64,000 nt of DNA from Auanema rhodensis (Eukaryota; Animalia; Nematoda), in the NCBI GenBank assembly GCA_964057225.1, contig OZ059898.1, positions 13,764,001-13,828,000 of the forward strand. Direction: 5' to 3'. The notes below the pieces were generated by a model. It saw nothing but the letters and a program-made list of their open reading frames with translations, was not told the origin of the DNA and did not search any database. How positions within the stretch are numbered: the stretch's first letter is position 1; the number at the start of each line of letters is the position of its first letter. Positions 55,604 to 64,000 of the stretch are shown piece after piece. The position numbers and the translations under genes were made by a program.

Positions 55604-57930
55604 TTATTGCGTTCCACTAGGTGGTTGTGGTTGTCCGGAAAATCCAGATGGGCGACGTATCATATGAGCTGTGGTACTGTATCTAACCTGCAAATTCATA
55701 TTTGAAGTTTTAGGTAGCTTGAGAGCGGTTTTATGTGTCAAAAAATATATATAAAGATATTGCAGCTGATTAAACACAAAAGTATATAGAAACAAAAAAA
55801 CTTCTAGGAAAAAAACAGTATAAATTTGTAGAGCGGTTTTGAAGCCATACCTGAGAAGCAGGGGAAGCAGTTATATGCTTCGTGCGGATTGGTGTTGCTC
55901 CCAAGCGATTAGATGATGGCACGTCGGTTGCAACAACTCTGAATATCAAAAATATAGCAGTCTCTCATAAACACCCAACCTGTAAACAGAATCTGCGAAG
56001 CCCCCGAACATATTGACGTAATCGTTGAATTCTCGAAGGGAAGGAGGTCTTTGCGCCCGCACAAAATTTATTAGAACTTTCTACAAAAGTAATACTTAGT
56101 ATTGAAATATTTCTAATGATCATGCCGTCATAAAAGATATAAAGCGCTCAGCTGCAACTTTATCATTCAGATTGTTACGATCCCCAGCACAAACTCTTAA
56201 ACGTTCATACAACAGAGCAGTTCTGGGAACAACAACAGCTCTGATGGTCTTAAAGAAAAGTGTTACGTTAATTAAAAACCTGTAAAATACCTCAGTTCCT
56301 AATTCATTTAAAGCAAAAAGAGATCCATATAAAGTGGCAATTGAAGCATTTTCATCACCCCATACTTTGGTTAGAACTTTAGTTATTCTAGATTGTACAT
56401 CCAGTACTTGATACTTCCTAGGTATAATAGAAATAAGCTTTTAATAAAGTCAAACAGCAAATTACCTGCATAGTTCTGCCAATAAGCGACTAGCAAACTC
56501 ACGTAGAGCCCAATGATTCTCAGCTTCTGGTCTAGAACACAACTGGCGACTGAGAACACAAGATAAAATGGCAGGCAATATTTCATGTAACTATAATACA
56601 ATAATTATAAAAAAAAAAAGATTAAGAAAACTCACAAATTTTTCAAGAGAAACATGAGGATTACCCGCCAAACTTTGGACTAATCGCATTAAATAAATGA
56701 GGAAAGCCAAATTATGTTGAACAATATTACATTTAACTCCTGTAATCAATACACATTCAAATAATTTCCATAATAATGAATAATAATTAAATAATAAATT
56801 GACTACCTTCAGTGACTGTAATGGAAAATCGTCCAACAAGAGGCTGAAGTCCAGCATCTGTTTTAAGAGAATGTAGAGCTTCCTGTAAATGGAAAGAAAT
56901 TAATATATTTTTGCTAACATTCAAACCGTTCTTTTAGGATCATCGGTTCCCATAATAGCTTCAGTAATTTCTTTGAAGAAGACTTGTTGTTCCTGAAATT
57001 TTATAAAACTTCAGAATCTAATAATGATGATAAGCAAACCAATGATAAAACATGTGTTGCCGTAGTCCGAATATTGACATGCTCTGGTTTTTTACTACCT
57101 TTAACCATACTTAATAGTCTTGTTGATTCATCCTAGAACAAGAAGTATTAATTTTAGCTGATCACTTCGTAGAAATACCTGTGGCTGCTCTTCAATATGC
57201 TGTTGTTGATCTCTATCGGTAATTTCGGAAGGCTTTTCCATTGGTATAGGATTTTCAGGAACAGCGGGTTGATCACCATCAATAGCCAACCAATGAGCTT
57301 AAATAAAACAAGATGTTTCAAACTTTTTTATATAATTGAATACCTCTTATAGTAGCATGAGAAGATATCTTTGGAGGAGGTGCGGTGTAAATAGGGGCTA
57401 ATTCTACTTCTTTGTCATCTTCTACAAATACATCTCGGCCCCCAGATCCAACTAGTCTAATTGGGAGATGCTCTCTTGCTTTGAACCCGAACTGTGGCTA
57501 TAGCGGGGATATGTTTGAAAGACTTCGAAAAAAATGGAGCTTACTGGTCTCCTATCTATTTGCATGGCAGCATCAACATCTTCCGATAATACTCGCTTTC
57601 TTCTCGCGTGATTAGCAAACTTTATACTATTACTTATAATATGTCTCAGGACATACATAACGTTATCAGATGTAGCAGCTATTGCTGAAACCGGCTGCTA
57701 TACCATTTATCAAAATTTTCTAGTTTTACCACTAGCATTTAGTGTACCCATGCCAACCGATTCAGCAGTTCGGCGTATATATTCATCAGTAGCAAAAGAA
57801 GTAGACGTCGACGGGACGGCATCTAAACACTTCTTTCCGAAATTTTTGATTTTTCTAAAGTAATACCATCATTAAATCCATTCTTTATTGATCCATTATT
57901 CATATCTACTATATCAGGCAAAGGCACCAT
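55604..57930 (-). CDS. taf-6: TFIID subunit TAF6 paralogue B
   Basis: Histone fold [27 protein letters not shown]; [17 protein letters not shown]; [18 protein letters not shown]; HEAT-like domain [27 protein letters not shown]. Confidence 0.92.
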
Positions 57931-58310
57931 AGAATGATCCTAAATATCTTGATCACATGTGAAAAATATAATATAATAAGTAACAATGGACATCCATAAT
58001 TCAACAGTTCTCATTACATATACTAAACTTTATCAATTTGGACTAGAAAAGCAAAATACCTTGCCTTAAAAGAATGAAAATGTACAAGATATTATTACTT
58101 ATTTTTAAAAAACTGATCCATAAGATTATATAAAAGTTATTATTTATCGATTTGAACAACGGTCAACGTTGAAACCTTAAACATTTTTCAAATTTAATTC
58201 GCATAAAACTAATTGAAACGTGGAAGTATATGTAAGAGATCAGAATAATCTTACGAATGCAAATTAGTAACAAATAAAAATCAAGTATAAAACGTTATGA
58301 AATAGAAATA

Positions 58311-60148
58311 TTAATGATAGAGCATAAACTCGGAACCAGCGGAAATTTGTTTCCTCATCAAGTTCTCGTGTTTCTGAAAAGATCACAATAAAATATGTGC
58401 CATTTTTTTTCACAACTACCGTTAATTGATTATGAAGCTTTTGAGCTTCTACTCTTTCCAACGAAGAGACACCTGCCAAATTTTCAGGAGAGGTCTCACA
58501 GATAAGCTCTTTAACCCGCTGTAGTAAAATAAGACGCTGAATATGTTTTACATAAATATACTAAGCATAAGGGCTGAACAAACCTCTTCTTTGTCAGAAA
58601 ATTCGGCAAGAATTGCTATACAACCGTAAAACATTGGATAAGTAGAGTTAGGATCTTCCCAGACGCGACGTATAGTCTTCATAGTTCGTTCTTTAGTATC
58701 GGAAAAACCATGATCTCTGAATATACATATTTAACATTATAACATTACATAAAAAGGAAAAGCTTACCTGACTAGTTGTATAAGGGTTTTTGCGGCGAAT
58801 TCCCTCAAAGCCCAATGATTATCAGTTTCAGGGCGAGAGCATAGTTGCTTACCAACCATACAACTTATTAAAGAAGGAATTAACTCATGCAACTTAATAA
58901 AAAAGCATATACACATGACAGTTATTTGTAAAATAATTAGTAACTCACAACTCCTTGCAGTTTCACAGATTGATTACAACATACTGCACGTACCATACGA
59001 ACAACATAAATTAACATTGAAAGACATTTTTGTATCACATTACAACGAACCTAAACAAACTATTTTATAGATTGTAGAGTGTATATGACTTACCGCACTA
59101 AAAACCATCTTAGATAATCTAGGTAAAATTGGCTGAAGACCTGTATCTACTTCTAGAGAATGCAAAGCACTACATCTACGATTGTCATCATGACCCACAC
59201 ATGCTTCAGCAATAATTTTCAAATATTGTTGTTGTTCCTAAAGAAATAAATAAAATATTAAAATTCGGATATTAAAAGTTTACCACAGAAAGGGGTTCAC
59301 TGATGGGTGGTCGAATATTAACAGTTTCTTTGACTGTCACTGCCTTACTAGCAGCTCGGAAGGCAATAGATGCTCCCACGCTACCGCCAGCAGTTTCTCG
59401 TCTGAAAAACATGAGGTTGTATAGCACATTTTTAAATAATATACCTAGCAAGCAATTTAGCTGCCCTCATATCACTATCGTCACCCATTGGATCGTCGTC
59501 TTCTTCTTCTTTTGGTGGTCGTACATTTTCAGGTACTAATGCTAATTTTCCATCTACGGCCAGCCAATGAGCTATATATTGGATTAATATAAAATAAAAT
59601 AAAATTTTCTCACTTTTGATAGATGTTTTAACAGGAATTCTGGATTGGGATCCTTCTTTAACACTAGCCACTTCAACATCAAAGTCTTCTCGGATGAATA
59701 ATTCTTCGCCTGAGGTATTGCTGACAGCATGCAACTCAGGACCTGCTTTTTTCACCAGACCATAAGGAGTCTAAATGCAGCTCGTAAAATATAGTTAGAG
59801 AATGAACAATAACATACTTTCAACCTGCTAGCTTTAAATGAGGATTCTAAATCTTCAGCACGCATTTTTGTGCGCCGACTGTGAATAGAATATTGCTTAG
59901 CGGCATTAATACTTTGTAAAAGTAGCTTTGTAACCTGCAACACTATGATGATGAAGATTAATTGAATAAGACTTACTTGATCAGAGAGATATTGTACTGC
60001 CCCAGCAGTTATATTGGGCACACCTACAGCCTCCCCAACATACTATAATACAAAACTTTTTAAATGTTACATAATTTATTAGACTGACTCGGACAAACTG
60101 CGGATCGACACAAGGTTCGGCAGAAGGAGATGAACCATTATCTTGCAT
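58311..60148 (-). CDS. taf-6: TFIID subunit TAF6 paralogue A
   Basis: GEAVGV..AKQYSIHSRRTKMRAEDLE; AHWLAVDGKLALVPENV; EPLSVEQQQYLKIIAEAC; LEVDTGLQPILPRL; [12 protein letters not shown]. Confidence 0.9.
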
Positions 60149-60423
60149 TTCTTCGATAACTCATGTAACCATACCTACTACAAACTCTGCATCCTTAAAA
60201 CAAATGTGAAACAAAATTAAACAAACAATCTAAGATATAGTAACAGATAAAGAAAACTGTTGAAAATTCAATTTGCAAGCTCCCGAAACCATTCATTGAA
60301 ATCAACCAGAAAGTAGTTAAATTAATAGTAAGCAATAAATCATTCAAATGCTAGACTAGCATCAATTGAATACCAGTAGCAACAATAAATACGAGTTAAA
60401 ACCGTCCAAAATGACTAAGTAAT

Positions 60424-61248
60424 CTACTGCTCACCCTTGAGCAGATTAGCATATAACTGATCGACCTCTTTACGTAAAATCGGCAATACAACCTAAAGTT
60501 TTTTAAAAATTATTGTGAACTTGATAGTATAAAAAAAGATTGTGAACAAAATAATTATGCTATAGGGAAACATACATCTCCATCTTCATCAATATAAGCA
60601 CCGATAGATTTACAGATGGTACCTTGACCACTTCTACTTTCTTTACAGTATTCCGCAGAGAGATTATACTTATCATCATAACTCAAGATATATCGAGATA
60701 ATATCGTCATACAACGTCTAACAATACCTTTTGATTTCCGAGCTCCACTTCCAAACACGTTTCTGTTTTCCGTCTGTTTCAACACCTTGATAGAAACAGT
60801 TCTTCTCGACATACCATTGATAGAGTTGAAGAACTCCCATTAAGACAAAGTAGGTGATGGAGCATCCTGCCAAAACCTGAGAAAAATTTATAAACAAAAA
60901 GCTTAAAAATATAAAAAATAAGCAAGTACAAAAAGTTATGTCTTAATTAGTAAAGCTACAAGTGTATGTACTCACCCATTTCGACTTGGGAAAAAGGTAA
61001 ATATAGTCATATACAATGGCGAAAGCTGAAAAGCAGACAGCAATAAAAGAAATCAGTAGTCTTCCATCCATGATAGTGAATGTTTCTCTCCATCCAACTT
61101 TATCATTCAAAATCTGAGACAAAATTTTACTATAATATGAAATTCGGAAAAAACCAACATGTTTCACGGCATCATCAAGAGTATTTTTAACCGTAGGTCC
61201 ATCCCATTTGTTAACTTTAAGAGGAGGTTTACTGGTGTTATCACACAT
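60424..61248 (-). CDS. spcs-2: Signal peptidase complex subunit 2 (SPC25)
   Basis: [26 protein letters not shown] + two TM helices, [18 protein letters not shown]. Confidence 0.93.
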
Positions 61249-61377
61249 CCTATAAATATATATTAAAAGCTGTTATGCTGAATTATTTTGAATTATTCTA
61301 AAATTGAATCAGTTTTCAGTAAATTCAAAGGACTCGTAGAGTTGGCTCTAAGCCAGAAAAAAAAGGTCTTATAACGA

Positions 61378-61465
61378 AGTCCCGCCTATGGCGTGCAAGC
61401 GACGCACGGCGCGTTTTTAACAACTCTGCATTGTAAGAGAGTGGCCCCGTCTAGCACGTGCGCAG
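61378..61465. promoter_or_regulatory. CpG-rich bidirectional promoter between spcs-2 and the UBM gene
   Basis: GC patch (CCCGCC, GGCGCG, CACGTG) between divergent ATGs at 61248 and 61692. Confidence 0.55.
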
Positions 61466-61691
61466 TTTTCGTTTTTCCGGTTCTATGATTTTATATCTTC
61501 CATATTATCGCTTTCTTTCATTCTTCTCTCATTTGCTGAATTTCTAAGCTTTTCACTAATGATTGTATTTCCTATTAAGTTAATAATTTTATGTAATCCA
61601 GAAAAAAAAAATTTATGCATTCGCTCATTATTTGATCATGTGGTTTTTTTTCAATTTTTGGTTGTTATTAATAAGATGTTTTTTTTAGAAA

Positions 61692-63194
61692 ATGGCTGAT
61701 AACAAAGTCAACATGGCTTTAGATGACATCATCAAGATGAATAAAAAACAACAAAAAACTAAAGTTACACGCAATGTTCGAGGCAAACAGCAACAGGTTT
61801 GAAAATTTTCGTGTGTAATTTTACTTTAATTTTTATTAAAGAAAGGACGTGGTACTAAGCCCGCTGTAGCACGTAAAACCAATACTACGGCTAAAAGAGG
61901 TGCACCATCTATTTCTAACGTTCAAACGAAGAGACTGGTTCAGAAGCTTGTCAAGGTATAAATCACCTGGAATGTATTGTTTCATATATTTATGTATTAG
62001 AAAGCTCTGAAAACCCGCATGGCCGCTACCGCACTGAGAAATAACGCCGTAGTTAGGCGAGGAGGAGTACGTTTACGAGCCTTTAGCTCTAAAAATGAAT
62101 TAACGAGCCAGAGTGGGCCAGGAGCATAATTACATCTAGCCTCCTGTGATAGAAATATATTATATATCTGTCGTATGATAACAAAGACCCACCAGAGCCA
62201 AAAGTTTGCCTGATACGAAAATAAGAATTGAGCAATGGTTGACTACGACAAAGATTCCTCGTTCAATAAAATACTCTTTTCAACTTCGTATACCGCAGTC
62301 GTAGTAGATTGAAATATATGCTGTCGACATGTTTGGTGAGTATGCTTCTTCAGGTTCGTGCTCGTGTCGCTGTTACCCGCCCAGCTATCAACCGTGTCAA
62401 TGCTAGATCTCGCGTTATCGGTCAGCGTCGCACTGTTGTACAGGTTTGAATCAGACATTGAAAATTTAACTGTTTAATGCTTTAGCCCGCTGCCGTTATC
62501 CGTCGTGGACGTGGACGTGGATTTGTTCAGCCGCGAACAACTGTTGTATATGAGGATGAATAGTATTGCTTTGTTTGATCACTGATCATTTATCTGTATT
62601 AATTTAGCGTTTCTACCGCTCCAGTTCGACGTGCTCCTGTCATTGAGCGTGTTGTTGCTCCAGTTCAAGCTCGCCAGGTATAGTTCTAAAATTGATTTGA
62701 TGACTAATTGTTCTATTTGTCACAGAGAGTTGTTGTTAGAAGACAAGCCCCAAGAAGAAACGTTGTTGTTCAACAACCCCGTAGAATTATTATTCAACCA
62801 GCACAAAGAACTATTGTCAGACCTGCGGCCCGGAGAATTGTAGTTGCCCAACAACCACGTGTTATGGCTCAGCCACGTGTCGTCCAAAGAGTTCAGCAGA
62901 GAACTATTCGTAGAGGCAGACCAGCTGTACAACAATCCCCAAGAGTGGAGTATGTTCAAAATGCTGGTCGTGGAAACTTCAGAAACAGAAGAAATAATAA
63001 TGAACGATTCCAAAAGAATGAACGTTTTCGCAGTGCTATAGGAAGGTCTCGTAATTACCAACAACAGGTATTGGGTTTTGTTTAGAATCGTTACTATATA
63101 TTTTGTTTAGATTGTTGACCGTTTCGAGCCAAGCACTAGCTTTATCTCTGGTCACGTTGTTCGCCGTGGTAGAGGATTCAATAATAACTACTGA
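61692..63194 (+). CDS. Arg/Gly-rich protein with N-terminal UAP56-binding motif (FYTTD1/UIF/ALYREF-like mRNA export adaptor, no RRM seen)
   Basis: MADNKVNMALDDIIKMNKK (UBM), then R/V/Q-rich exons with RGRGRG; ends RRGRGFNNNY*. Confidence 0.75.
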
Positions 63195-63257
63195 TCGCTG
63201 TAAGCATTAATCATGTATATTTTCTCACTTTATTCAATAATGGATCTTAATAAACTA

Positions 63258-64000
63258 TTAAATATTCACTGCGCCTAAACATGACACACTAGATGTTTCT
63301 TCCTTTAATGCTGTGATTAAATGATGGGGGCTTGGCGAATATCCTAGAATTGATTTCAGCAATAGGTTTGGTGGTAAGCCGCCTCCATGGGATTGAACCT
63401 ATAAAATGTTTCTTAAAAAATTCCTTCGTTACTATCCAACTTCTGCCCATCTTAGGCCATTTTTTCTGTTAAATGGATCTTGTCTGAAGATAGAGTTCCA
63501 TATCAGGTTTGCCGATGATCTAGCTACAAGATAGGCGTAATACTTCCCACCGTATTGAATCAGATGGTGAAACCTGTGATTACGAAATTATATGAGTCAC
63601 ATAAATATAATTAACTACCGATGTTGAAATGCTGTGTTTTTATCCCTTTCAATAAAAGGCAGTGCTGTGGCAAAAATATCATGGAACAGTTCAGTTGTGC
63701 TTCTTGATCCTTCTGAAATTTTTCTAGCTTCCGGTCCGTGAAGTTCTAGATCAAACAAAGCGTATAATGCCTACAGACAATCTACAACATTATTCTGGAA
63801 AAGTCAATATTAAACCTGTTGCACGGTTTCAATAGAAGTGAAAGCGAATCTAGAAGAGATCAGAGTAGCAGCATCTTGCAATGAAATTCCAGCACCAGTT
63901 TTATCTCTTAAGATAGTTTGCATTACCTTGAAAGCAAAAAATAGCATTATTCTAGCGAGCGCATAGGCATACATTAACATCGTTGAAGAAGTACTCCATG
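63258..64000 (-). CDS. mipep: Mitochondrial intermediate peptidase (M3), 3' part; 5' end outside window
   Basis: TAFQHRFHHLIQYGGKYYAYLVARSSANLIW..FRQDPFNR..QSHGGG matches the MIP C-terminus. Confidence 0.88.

Overview
This window is eukaryotic DNA, not prokaryotic. It is AT-rich, with ~43-50 nt introns and TTTCAG/TTTTAG acceptors, and the proteins resemble those of rhabditid nematodes. Gene content from left to right: a ZW10-like gene (partial, -), PARL rhomboid (-), rad21/coh-1 kleisin (+), a ~23 kb gene desert containing only sox-2 (+), eEF1B-delta (-), a 4-TM protein (+), a secreted PAN+TSP1-repeat protein (-), a ZNF474-like C2HC zinc finger (-), rpa-2 (+), a secreted Y/Q/P-rich protein (+), a polyQ protein with an OTUD4/ALG13-type motif (-), a probable operon spcs-2 > taf-6 > taf-6 (-), a UAP56-binding-motif RG-rich protein (+) and MIPEP (partial, -). 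The strongest finding is an intronless FDXACB1/Bmt5-like RNA methyltransferase ORF nested in an eEF1B-delta intron. It has no usable ATG of its own but splices in frame, through a 43-nt intron, onto the first three eEF1B-delta exons. One locus therefore appears to make either the elongation factor or a leucine-zipper-methyltransferase fusion by alternative last-exon/poly(A) choice. A second theme is several very long, helix-rich introns in rad21, eEF1B-delta and the UBM gene, which are candidate ncRNA hosts or regulatory RNA structures. Exon boundaries were read by eye and family assignments come from remembered motifs; no searches were run.
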